DNA of 64,000 nt, taken from assembly GCA_965649765.1 (NCBI GenBank), contig OZ287749.1:49042001-49106000 (forward strand). Direction: 5' to 3'. The notes beneath the pieces are model-generated. The model was given only the letters and a program-made list of their open reading frames with translations. It was not told the DNA's origin and ran no database searches. Position 1 is the first letter of the stretch, and each line of letters opens with the position of its first letter. Source of the stretch: Bispira polyomma (Eukaryota). A program made the position numbers and the translations under genes. This document shows, piece by piece, positions 1-11,389 of this stretch.

Positions 1-605
1 AAAAAAAAGACTTAAAGAAAATTGGTGGTAAAGTATTTAGTGGAGTCTGTACACCTACATATATAGAATATAGCTGAAAGAAATCGACGAGCTTGTATTA
101 TTAAATGCTGAAGTTCACTGGTTCTGTACCATCGAAAATGACTAAAAAAGAAATAGCTCAGACAAAAGACTTAATCGGTATTGTGCAATTAAAACAGACT
201 CTCATCTTTATACATATGTTTATACATATACACATCAATTTATGAAAAAATAACTTGTAATCAAACATGCTACGAGAATAGAGCCAAATATTGTTGAAAC
301 TAGTAGTGTTTAATGATAAAGATTTCAGTATTGGTTTAGCCATTTATTATTAAACAATAATACTTACAAACTCATGTAAACAACAAAAAATAAAATTAGT
401 ATTATTCAATTTGCAGCTATATATTATAGTATTATATATAAAATATGCTAAATACAAATATACAAAAAAAAAAGAGAAGATATATTTGTTACAAAGATAT
501 GATTTTGTTTAGATATACAAGAATATAAAAGAAGAGTCGTCAAAAAATTATAAAAAACAATTCACAAAGTGTCTAATTTTTTTCACTTGCCCCGACTTTT
601 AGATC

Positions 606-821
606 TCTAGTTCTAAATGCCATTGAAATATCTCTTTGCTTTCTAGTTCTAGATTCCATTGAAATATCTCTTTGCTTTCTAGTTCTAGATTCCATTGAAA
701 TATCTCTTTGCTTTCTAGTTCTAGATTCCATTGAAATATCTCTTTGCTTTCTAGTTCTAGATTCCATTGAAATATCTCTTTGCTTTCTAGTTCTAGATTC
801 CATTGAAATATCTCTTTGCTT
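606..821. repeat. Tandem array, 6 x 36 bp (tctagttctagattccattgaaatatctctttgctt), overlapping the stop codon of the IgGFc-domain gene
   Basis: Units start at 606, 642, 678, 714, 750 and 786. Five are identical; the unit at 606 has 2 substitutions. Confidence 0.95.
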
Positions 822-3800
822 TTTGCCTTCTCTTTTTCCTTCTTGTCAGTGCTTCCTTTTCATCTTCAATATTTATATTTACTGGATGAATAGTAGAGGA
901 GGACTTCAAGAGAAGCCTCCTGGCTGATGAAGCTCTGCTACTGGATGAACTTTTGCTACCTGTTTCACTGGATGTAAGTGTTTGCATGGTGCAGTCCAGA
1001 CTATTGCTGTTATCTAAAGAGGTCTCATGCTGTTGAGGCTGTGGTGATGGCAGCTTACTGATATACTGTGCACAAAGACTTGGACCATCTGGATCAGAAT
1101 TTGGAAGCAGGCAACTAGTGGTGCCTTCGCTGAGATGGATAGATACTTTAGAAGGACACTTAGTGGATGTTGAATATATGGATGATGCCACTGGATTGCT
1201 AAAGTTGCTGCTTCCAGCTTTAAATCTAGTGCTTTTGTAGGTTACTGCCCTTAACAAATCATTTCTGGAGGTTATACTGACGGATTTAGTTGAAATCTTG
1301 GAAGGTGTTTTAGCTTTCGGTGATGCTAAATGGCTTTGCTTTGAGCTGAAATTGTTGTCAGAATTATATTCAATATGTGGTTTAGTCAGTTCACCTAGTC
1401 TGTCATCACCATATAGATCCCTATAATTAAGATTTTTAGTGTGACTCGATTTATAATAGTGTTCAACTACCAAAGGGTCAATGTAGACTAAATCCTTGGG
1501 TAATCTAGCAATACCATCAATATCATGCAATGTTGGTTTAATCCTAATGTCTCGTTTTCTTGAATCTCTAACCACAGTCTTCCGTAAAGATGTATTGCAC
1601 TTTTTACAACTGCCGCAGTAAGCTTTGCAACATATATATAAAAGACAAAGAAATATTAGACTGGTGGGCAGGCAAGACACCACAATGATTGTGGTTTTTA
1701 ACCCAGGTTTGTCCTCTTCCGCCATTTGAAGTTGGATGACATTTGTTTGGTTAGAGTCCTTCGTATTGTTAATGGCAACAGTTGTGTTGTCATCGGGTGT
1801 GAATAAATCACTTTCTGTGCTAAATCTTTCAGTTGTTTGAATATTTATACTTGTCAAATGTTTATTATTACCTGTGGTGTAATTTACAGATACATGCCAA
1901 CTAGTCAAGGTCCTGGGAGTAGCAGTATTACTATCATCCACTGTAATGGGAACACCAATTTTACTCTTTGTCGATAGCAACTGTGTACTCGCCTGCACTG
2001 GATGTGTTACTAGGGATGAAGTGGCTGACTCAGAGTACTTTGTTGACATCCTTGATGTGGCTGCAGTCGATGTTTCAATATGAGCCTCAGAATCTAGTGT
2101 TGTATTTAGAAGTTCCCATATATCAGTTGTTCTCTCAGTAGTACTATTGATATCATGGCCAGTCTGATCATAACTTTCAGAAACTAAAATACTACTACTA
2201 GTCAATTCAGAAATGATGGATTTATCATCGCTTGTCAAATCCACAACATCTTCCGTCACAGAAATAGAATAATTGGCAAATGACATCATTGTTGCCGTAG
2301 TTAGAGTCACGTCCTCTGTGTGGTGATTGGCTGTTACTACTTCATGTGAAACTCTTTCAGTGCTTAATCCCTTTGTAGATGTAGTGTATGCACTTGCAAC
2401 ATCATATTTCTGTCCTGTTGTTGTCTCAGCCTCAGTAGCATTCAGATTCCCTGTTGTGTACTCCACAGTTGACTTCTGTTTGGGCGAACCAGTAGAAATT
2501 GTTAGTAAATCCTCATCATTGTCATCTAATACCGAGGTTGCGTGTTTGCTTGTATGCTCACCACTACCTTCAAAGTTACTGTATGATACCAGAAGTTCTG
2601 TGATGTCAACTGGTGACTGTGTTTCGGCAAAGACAGTGGACTGGAAATGTGCATCTCCTGTTGGTACAATGCAAGTAATATTCATTTATTCTTATTGTGT
2701 AGTATTTAAATATACTTATAAACAGATACTTTACTTTCAATGAAGTATACTGTTACAGTATGCTAATACTAATCGTTTTTTATTATATATATTAAAACTA
2801 TATGTCCTTGAAAGCCATACATATGAAGACAAAATGTGCACATTTATTCATTTTGACAAAAGTACTTACTGTAAAAGTACCTTACTCAACTTTAAATCTC
2901 TAATAGCTGTGCAATATTAACATTTCAATGTTTTAACTTTCCTTACCTCTACAAATATGTTTGGATTGGAATGGAATGACTTACTACTAACTATACCAAA
3001 CAAACACTAGATAAATATTACTAATAGGGACCTCGGTGGTGTAGTGGTGGGTTTGAACTTTTAATTCTCTCTACCAGTATACTTTCTACCATGGTATGAT
3101 ACAACTGTGTTGAACGCAGTGTTTATTGTTAAACTCAAACGAGAATAAACTACTTTGGTAAGATCTTTTTACCAGAATAATAAATATACAAAGCGGTATC
3201 CAGATAAAATGACTACCTGAGGTATACTCATCTGTGTCTGTAGTGTGATAAGTTGACACCTCTTCAGTATAACCAGAACCGATATCATCATCAACTTCAG
3301 ATAATGTGATGGCAGAAGACAAAGCTTTATCGGTTAAAACTGTTTGTGTTATCACATGGGAGGTGTAATCCCCAGAGCCATCGGGTGCTTCCGTCATTAG
3401 ATCTTGAAAGTAAGACACTAGTGTTGATAGTTCTTCTATGGCCACGTTCCCAGCGGCTGATGATGGCTTTGGAAATACATCAGCAGTGGAATCCAACATA
3501 AGTGGAAAGGTCCCATGAAAGACTGTTGTTATATCTCCCGTGTGATTGATTTCTGCTGTATAGTTTTCAAAGTCATATAAAGTAGCAGCTTCTTCAGTAG
3601 ATTGAACAGCATCAGTGGTAATCCCTTCAATGTCTTCTTTGGTAATTAATGTGTCTATAGTGGTAGTAAATGTATCAGGATCAGTTGTATTCCCCACAAT
3701 ATTTTTAGAATAAATAGTAACTAGATCATCTGTGTTGTTAAATGCATGAGTTTCAGTAAGATCAGGTGCACTGCTGGTTATAGCTACTGATATTTGGTCC

Positions 3801-6800
3801 AAAGAAATAACTTTAGCATCATTGGTTACTGTTTGTAGAATAGCAATTGTGGTAGAATCACTGATATAGGCATCAGTAGTGTCACCTTGTCCACCAGTTT
3901 CAGTTTTATTCGATGAATATGCAGTTGTCACCGGTTCCATCCAATCAGAAATAACTGCGACATCTTCAGAGGATACTCTTTCACTTTCATTCTCCCATGT
4001 TACTATAGACTTCTCTTGGCTGAATAGTTCTGTTGTTATGTCATCCACTCTTGGTGATGTTGATGGGTTTGTAGTTGTTGTAGATACTGTAGTGATCGTG
4101 GGAGTAGTTGGCCTAAAGTACTTCTGTGGAGATTTTAATACATCCATTGAGAAGCCATACGATTCCTCAGTAGTGTGTCCATATTGCATGGCAAGAAATC
4201 CAGCACCATACTCATTGTAAATCTCACATAACTCTAAAGCAGGAGATAATGTTATGTAGGAATATGATGTTCTTGGTATATCAGTCCACTGGGTAAAGTA
4301 TTCCTCTGGTAATATTGATCTGTTATTGATCTTCATGTGAATTAAATCTGAAGAATGAACAGCAATACCAATGAGATTCAAATAATTGCTATTCAACTGG
4401 TATGATTGAAAGCGTCTGTAATAATAGTGATCAGACCATGTTGACATTGGGGTGACAATAGCCATAAAGGGGTCTGCATACAGATTACCATCTGTACCAT
4501 AAGACTTAGAAAACTGAGAAACAAGGATGGGTTTGTTGGATCTGATGAAGGCATGTGACTCTGATGGGATGTCAATGGTACGATATTGTCCTGCATTGAG
4601 GGTAATACTGCCTATCCATGATATTGCTGCCAGTGTGGTAATCTGTATATCAGTACCATCTACTGAAGCTGGAAGTAGACAAGTCGTACAAACATTAGAA
4701 AGATGTTGCAACAAATAGTTGATTATAAATTTTCTATTGAGGTTTACAATGAAAATTAAATGGTTACTTTGAAAATACTAATGTATTTATTGCCATGAAG
4801 TTAATTTGTCAATGTTAAAGATTTGATTTTACAATTTATGCTATTGCCCTTTTTTATTTTTGTTTTTATGTATGGTCATACATTACTCAGCTATAAGCTA
4901 TTTTTGCTGGAAGTTTTTTATCAGTATCTCCAGTTGGGATGGTTAGTAACTGACTATGAGACATAATTGTATCACACATTTCCTTTAATGAGTGCATTAT
5001 TAACTTAATATATCAGAATAATCTGAAATGTGAATGTTCCTTATTTATTATTATTTGGAGTAGATAGATTGGTCTATACCATGGTCAATATTGCATATTT
5101 GAATATGTACATTGCAATCTTATCACAATACATACACAAAATTTTGAACATATCTCCAGATGTCCTGGTGGCTGTAGAAATAGTAACAAAATCTGTCCCC
5201 CATGCTGTTACAGGAGGCATTATGTCTAACAAATAGTCCCCAGAGGTTACTAAAATAAAAATAAAATAATTAACAATAATATAATATTAAAAAGAATAAT
5301 ATTAAAATAAACAATGATATAGAAGTTAATTTCAATATCGCTTGAACGAATCCATTACAACCTGCAAGGGATTGTTCGGATTTAAGTCATTTGATTGTGT
5401 TGCCTCACTTATATAATTACATTAACAACATATTACTTAAGCTATCCTTGAAAATACACCTTGTATGTAAAAGAAATGATACAAAGTAAGGGATTTTTAA
5501 ACATAATACACCTCTATTATCTGAACTTCAGTTATCCGTATGTTTTATTTTGTCAACACATGTTCACTATCGTTAATTTTCATTTTTAAATTATTTTATA
5601 TAAAAATGCCTATTCTACTTTTTGAACCTTCTATTATCCAAACAAAACATTGCCCCTGCAGCATGTTCGGAAAATAGAGGCTCTACTGTGGTGTGTTATT
5701 ACCTGTGGATACTGGGGACCAGGATGACCCAGACAAGACCACCACTGGATCACTGGATATAATCTTTGTTCCTGTAAGGTCACTTTTACTCTGCAGCTAC
5801 AACAAGGCATTAACCCAACATTAACCCACAGGCAATAATGTATGTGTGATGTAATATTTTAAAATAAAGCATTAGTTTAATCTATATTCATAGTTCACTC
5901 CCCATAAACCCCCCCCCCCCCCCCCATATTCTTCCGTAAGATCTGTCTGTGGTTTCTGGACTTCTTGATTGGTTAATTGATTTTGTTGTTACGCTTCAGA
6001 AGATACCTTGGATCAATTAGGCGCGCTAAAAAAAGCAAAATATAGTACAATACAATATATAATCCTGACCACAATCCTGTTAAGGTGTACCGATGACAGA
6101 AATATATTTACTAAGAGATCCTAAACACAAAATTGATATCTCTCAAATAAAAAGATACCATGTAAAGGTATGTAAGGTTTATTTTACATTATCCTGAATA
6201 TGATGATTGTTGTCCCCTGCCAGACAAAGCCTGTAAGGGGACTATGGAAAACAATACATGTGGTGAAAGTCCAGACGCATCATTTTAAAGGTGGATTAGC
6301 CAATCACGGTAAATCCTACAAAGTCCCTGAAGTCATGTAACAAATACAAATCTTCGTCACATTATGCCATTTTTCTATCCCCATTCACACAAAGCAATTG
6401 TCTAAATATGCAAATGTTGATATGTATATCAAAATTTTTAAATAGTATGTTAAGGCATAAATATTGTGCAATGATGCTCAAGGAAGATGACAAACTAAGG
6501 ATTCAAAAATTAAAATGAGTACATAATCACTAAAACTCTTTTATCAAAACCCTGACGAACGGGAAATGGCCCTTCAATGAAATTACAATGGTTTGAATGT
6601 CTTGTCTTAAAAATGTTTTGTATACCTGATACGTCTGATATTTTTCTAGTATCAGTGTGATCCTCCTTCCATCCTCAGTGGCACCATAGCCCACATGCTC
6701 TATGATGACATCTTCACTGGGTAAGATCACCTCCACCACTGTGGATATTGTCGTGGCAATGACTCCAAACTGAGAGTATCCCTGGTCAAAGAGCTCCGGA

Positions 6801-9482
6801 TCAGGGACCGCACGACTGAGTGTGTAGATGTGGGACATGGCATAGTATCGAGTTCCCAGTGACGTCACAGGTAATGCTACATAGGCGTCTGATGACTTGG
6901 TACCCACACTTTGCACACGGACTGTTATATCTGTGTGTGATGTGACTGAGATTCCTGAAGGTAAGAAGAGAGTAGATGCCATACCATGAAAATGTCATAA
7001 ATGACTTTTAGTATTCCAATACAGACATACCAAATAACAAATAACCGTGGACTGTACCCGTAAACCGTGTTGGTAAGCCGCAGTCGTGCGGATGTGTACA
7101 GTACTTAGTTAAGTTATATTTGGGTTAATTAAAATTATATGTAAGAATGTTTCTGTCCAAATGTACATATTTTTTTCGGTTGCCCAAAAAAGGAAATTTA
7201 TTATCCAAGGGTATAGTTAAATTTTGATTATGTGAATTTTTGTTCTGGTTGTCAATTTTTATAGAATATTTGGTATAGTGGGCCTATTTACCTTTGTCTT
7301 CTATTCCAGTCCCAAACATGTGAATATCATAGGCTAGTTCACATACACAGGGTGCAGCTGCACTGACATTAACATAAATGTCCTCAAACTCCTCAGGCGT
7401 CCACCACGTGTTGGCACTGCGCAAGCGCGGGGTTGTTATAGTTACAGGTATGACGTCACTGCTTGCTGTGCTAATATAGAGTCTTGCTTTGGGAAAATGG
7501 TCGATTATCTTGTGTTCTAACAGTCCGAGAATGAATGATTTGCCTTCTAATGCACCGGTGAGTGTGATCAGCCAAGGGTACACTGAAATAATCAAGATAT
7601 TAAGTAATTATGTAATTGCTAAAACCAAATAAACAGTGCATATTATTTTAAGTAAACTCCATGGCAAAGTATAACGTGCCCTATATATTATATACAGTAT
7701 ATTTGTATTGTATTGTTTTGGAATTTTAACATGACTTATTAATGCGAGACATCTTCTAAAGTGCAACAACAGAATCAATTAACCAATAGAGAAGTCCAAA
7801 ACATAGCCAAGGTTGTAAGAAAGGATGTGGGGGTGTACAAGGAGGGGACCAAGGGGTTGCCACATTTGAAAAGATAGGGTTTAAGCTTTTTCCCAAAACC
7901 AGAAAGTGTTTTAGTGATCTAAGCTCAACAGCGAGACTGTTTCACAACATAGGGTCAGCAATAGAGAAAGCTCTCTTGGTAGATTAAACTGAGAAAACAG
8001 AAAGTCTATTTCCCCTTTTTAGGTTGCTGGAGGAAAGGACTCTACTAATTACTTAAATTTGGACATGATGTAAAAACCTTGCCAATGTTTTGTAGAGCCC
8101 AAGTAAATACTTTGTAGGATAGTAACAACTAGTATCTACTTAGTAGGGGAATTAGTGTCACCATGGAAAATAATATGCCACCATAATAAAGTGACTCTAC
8201 TGTCTATGGCATTTAGTAGGGCCTTCTTTGTTAGTAGATGCTTTGTGGAACAATGTAGCAGGCATTTCTAAGGCTAATACCCCATTCACACTGTCCGTGT
8301 TCTTAGAGCCGTTCTTCACCTGTTCTGAGAACTTGTGAGAACTTCAACAAACGTCTGAAAACTGGCCAAAAACGGGTGTAGAACTGGGTGCGAACTGGGG
8401 CGAACGGCAAGAACGGGGGCTACAGCCGGAAATTTTGGACATGTTCAAAACTTTCGTGGGAGGACGGCTCTGAAAACACATCTTGAGAGAACTTGGGAGA
8501 ACTTAAGAAAACGGCAATGACAGGGCGATGCCGGGGCGTAAACGGGAATTGAACTGCTTAGAACTTGTGTAAAACTGCTTAAAACTTGTGTGATTTGGCC
8601 AGAACTGGAGAGAACTTAAGAAAATGTAACATAACCTTGGCATAAACTGGGGTAAATGGGTCAAAAACGGGTCTAAAACGGGTCAAAAATGGGGGATGCA
8701 AATATGTGCAAATGCAAATATACATTTTCCCACCTTTTCTTGCCCGATCGGCCAAGTTCAGCCAAGTTCTTTAGGTCTTGAGTCAACGGCAATGTCGGGG
8801 CGTGAACTTGGACAGTGTGAATGCACCATTATAGGCTACTAGATTTGATAAGTGAGGACAAATAGGGGGGTTGTTTCAGTTTCATAGCTTTGAACATAAG
8901 AAGGTTGTATTTTTAAAAAAGGTAGCCAGTGGAGTTTGTTTAGACATGGCTGAATTGTCAACTGCTGGTATATTTTTTTCTTTTATATAAATAAGATTTA
9001 TTATCACATTATCACATTACAATTATTAGACATTACAATATATTTACATTACTACAGACATATACAAAATACAACATAGCTAACTGCTAGTATCCTACTA
9101 AGAAGTATACTTGACTTTACCAAAAAAGTATGCCACCAAAATCTAGTGATTCTATTATTTATGAAATTTAGGTCTTTACTCCTTTTAGTAAGTAGGTCAA
9201 TTGTGAATTGGTGTCTGAAACTGGGACGTGATTATCTTTGAACATCAGTTCACACAGAAAATAAAACCCTGTGGTCATCTATTCAGTTAAATATGTTGCA
9301 CATTGTAACATTTTATTTAACACAAACATTTAAACATCGGAAAAGAGATAATTACAGTAATTACAGTTATAATGCTAATATAATATATGAATAAATAGCA
9401 AATTGCCTGTGTACTTACTAAGTATGAGTGTTAGTATCCACACATTTCGCCAGCTCCTTTTTATCATAATAACTGGCAGCAT
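793..9482 (-). CDS. Type I membrane protein with FCGBP-type IgGFc-binding N-terminal domain, mucin-like stalk, TM and cytoplasmic tail (~1402 aa, 7 coding exons)
   Basis: Exons 9482-9419, 7582-7292, 6954-6626, 5796-5703, 5249-5136, 4668-3217 and 2657-793 all have GT-AG boundaries and matching phases (4209 nt = 1403 codons). N-terminus MLPVIMIKRSWRNVWILTLILMYPWLITLTGA is signal-like. IgGFc-binding domain motifs: GKSFILG, SSDAYVALPVTSLGTRYY, LEKYQTYQ, DLTGTKIISSDPVVVLSG, MPPVTAWGTDF, IRSNKPILVSQFS, DPFMAIV, YG...ESYGF. These are followed by a Thr/Ser/acidic stalk and TM TTIIVVSCLPTSLIFLCLLYICC. Confidence 0.85.
5508..5689. mobile_element. Degenerate MITE with Tc1/mariner-pogo-like terminal inverted repeats
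   Basis: cctctattatctgaac near 5511 is inverted relative to gttcggaaaatagagg near 5665; the right end reads cagtagagcctc on the minus strand. Confidence 0.45.
6210..6250 (+). mobile_element. HINE/DINE-1-like (Helentron-associated) 5' end
   Basis: Short inverted repeat gtcccct...aggggac followed by tat, the typical 5' hairpin of such elements. Confidence 0.4.
7730..8960 (-). mobile_element. Decayed L2-group LINE 3' fragments interrupted by other insertions
   Basis: 7735-8040 aligns with the 3' end of the LINE at 16140-16480 (gcaacaacagaatcaatt..., aaaagataggg.tttaagctttttcc). 8920-8950 encodes PCLNKLHWLP on the minus strand. Confidence 0.65.
8278..8828. mobile_element. PIF/Harbinger-like MITE
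   Basis: 14-bp TIR core cattcacactgtcc (8283-8296) / ggacagtgtgaatg (8810-8823), TAA/TTA flanks and a GC-richer body with repeated gagaactt motifs. Confidence 0.65.
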
Positions 9483-10240
9483 CTACAAGCTATATGGGAT
9501 GAACATGTAGCAGATATGTATTAATTAAAAGCAAAGCAGCAAGTATTGCCTGGCTAATTATTTTCATTTTAGTTTTTAGGTTTTATGTGGCTTGAAACAT
9601 GTTTTCTGTGTCATATCATGACAGATATTTCACTGGCGGAGGAAGTCAGAGCTGGGTAGTTTGTCAAGGTTTTCTGATCTGCAATCAACTGGTCTTCAGC
9701 AAGTCTACTGCCAACTTTAACATATACATGCCAAGGCTGACATTTGCCCGCGGACACAGTGGGAGGGGAATGTGTTACCACTACAGCACTGTAGCCCCCA
9801 ATTGATAAATAATAGAATGTCAGAATATTACAGAATAATAAGCAATTGAAGGTTTTCTTCTATCACTGATTATAACATAGCTGTAATATTATTAAATATA
9901 AATTAACCATTCGAAAATACATGTGCTCGTTATCATATTGTTTTTTTTTTTTTAATAAAATATAGGCCTAAAATATAATCACCTTATGCTATTGTTCAAA
10001 TTTTGGCTGAATAGAAGCATACAACTGAAATACAAATTTTCCAAAAAAGTCTTATTCTAACATGACACGGTTGTGTCAGCGATTTTGATTGGCCGACAGC
10101 CTCGGTAAAATTCTGCATATACCCATGCAAACGTAATTAAGATGGAACAGCTCATGTTTTTTACGTTTATCACCAAAATATATGGTTATTTTGTAAAATT
10201 AAGGCAAGGTTTATTTTGTTTATTATTTTTTCATGTTAAA

Positions 10241-10389
10241 ATAGGAATAACACACTCCAAAGCATGGTATACACCGAATTTTACCATTCTTCAAGGATTA
10301 GACCAACTCAGACTTCCCATTTGTAGGCCTACACCTTGAATCATGGTAAAATTCTGCGTATACCATGCTTTGTCGGGTGTTATTCCTAT
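10241..10389. repeat. Imperfect ~56-bp inverted repeat (hairpin) with ~37-nt spacer, probably part of a non-autonomous DNA element
   Basis: ataggaataacac...caaagcatggtatac...gaattttaccat..ttcaagg pairs with ccttgaa..atggtaaaattc...gtataccatgctttg....gtgttattcctat. Confidence 0.85.
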
Positions 10390-11357
10390 ATCATTTTAAA
10401 GTGGCCTATATATCCTACCTTGTTATGGTGTCAACCTTGTCACTTTCCCATAATATCCAAAGTACATACATATCCACAGTCACTTGTAGTTGTATTGATA
10501 TTTCAATAATCCCAGTCTTAATATTACAAAAACAACAGTAGAAATTAAATATAGAACCCAAAACAGTTGCTAACTAGTTGCACCATCTGCGAGTGTATTT
10601 AAAAGCTCCTATTTAGTTTTCACTCTCCATAGTTTAAAGTTTATCATTAAATATATATTTACAACAACGTCATCTAAACTAAACCATGTATACATATATA
10701 TATATACAGGGGATATCCTATACCTGCTTTAATTATTGTTAAAATTTAACATTTTTGGTTAGTATGTAACTATTTTTTTATAGCATTTTTTATGCTATTT
10801 GCTATATATGATTTTTTACTAGACACACTGCACAAACTTTACTCTGTGTAAAGGTATCGGGACTGTTGTTACTGACGAGCATCTGGTTTATAATTAACAG
10901 CCACTTCCCCACCTATTACCCAAGGGACTCGGTTCTACTGAATTTGCACGAAGGGTGGGTTGAATAACCTATTCTTTACTTGCCAATTATCTGAGCTTCA
11001 TGAGAGGGAGGTGATAAATAAGACAAACGTCAAAAGAAATGTATTAAATATCTTTTTTTTCTGGCCTTTACCTGGCTAATGTTTAATGGCTGACATTGAG
11101 TTATATAATTCTAAGGTTATACAAAAGATAATAATAATAAAAATAATAATAATGAGAAATATAGATATAGCTTCGTTTATAAAATAGGTTTTTAAAATTG
11201 GTTTTCATAATTTTAAACAAAATTCTTCTTAGTTATTATGGAAAGGCCAGCTTGTATTCTGAACAATAGTTCCTTATACAGCAGCCAAATCGGTTTTTAT
11301 TTCAGATTATATACTTTACTGTGTTTTTTCCTGTAAAATAATGATAATATATCTATC

Positions 11358-11389
<32 letters not shown>

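Noticed and set aside
573-803. 76-aa ORF (MESRTRKQRDIS)n as a gene
   Set aside because: It is an alternative frame of the tandem repeat overlapping the real stop codon.
606-821. 36-bp repeats as a CRISPR array
   Set aside because: The units are head-to-tail with no spacers, there are no cas genes, and the context is eukaryotic.
2327-4718. Plus-strand ORFs 2327-2743, 3879-4220 and 4527-4718
   Set aside because: They are antisense shadows of the mucin-rich exons.
10860-10985. Hammerhead ribozyme (ctgacgag core)
   Set aside because: No GAAA and no compatible stems follow the motif.
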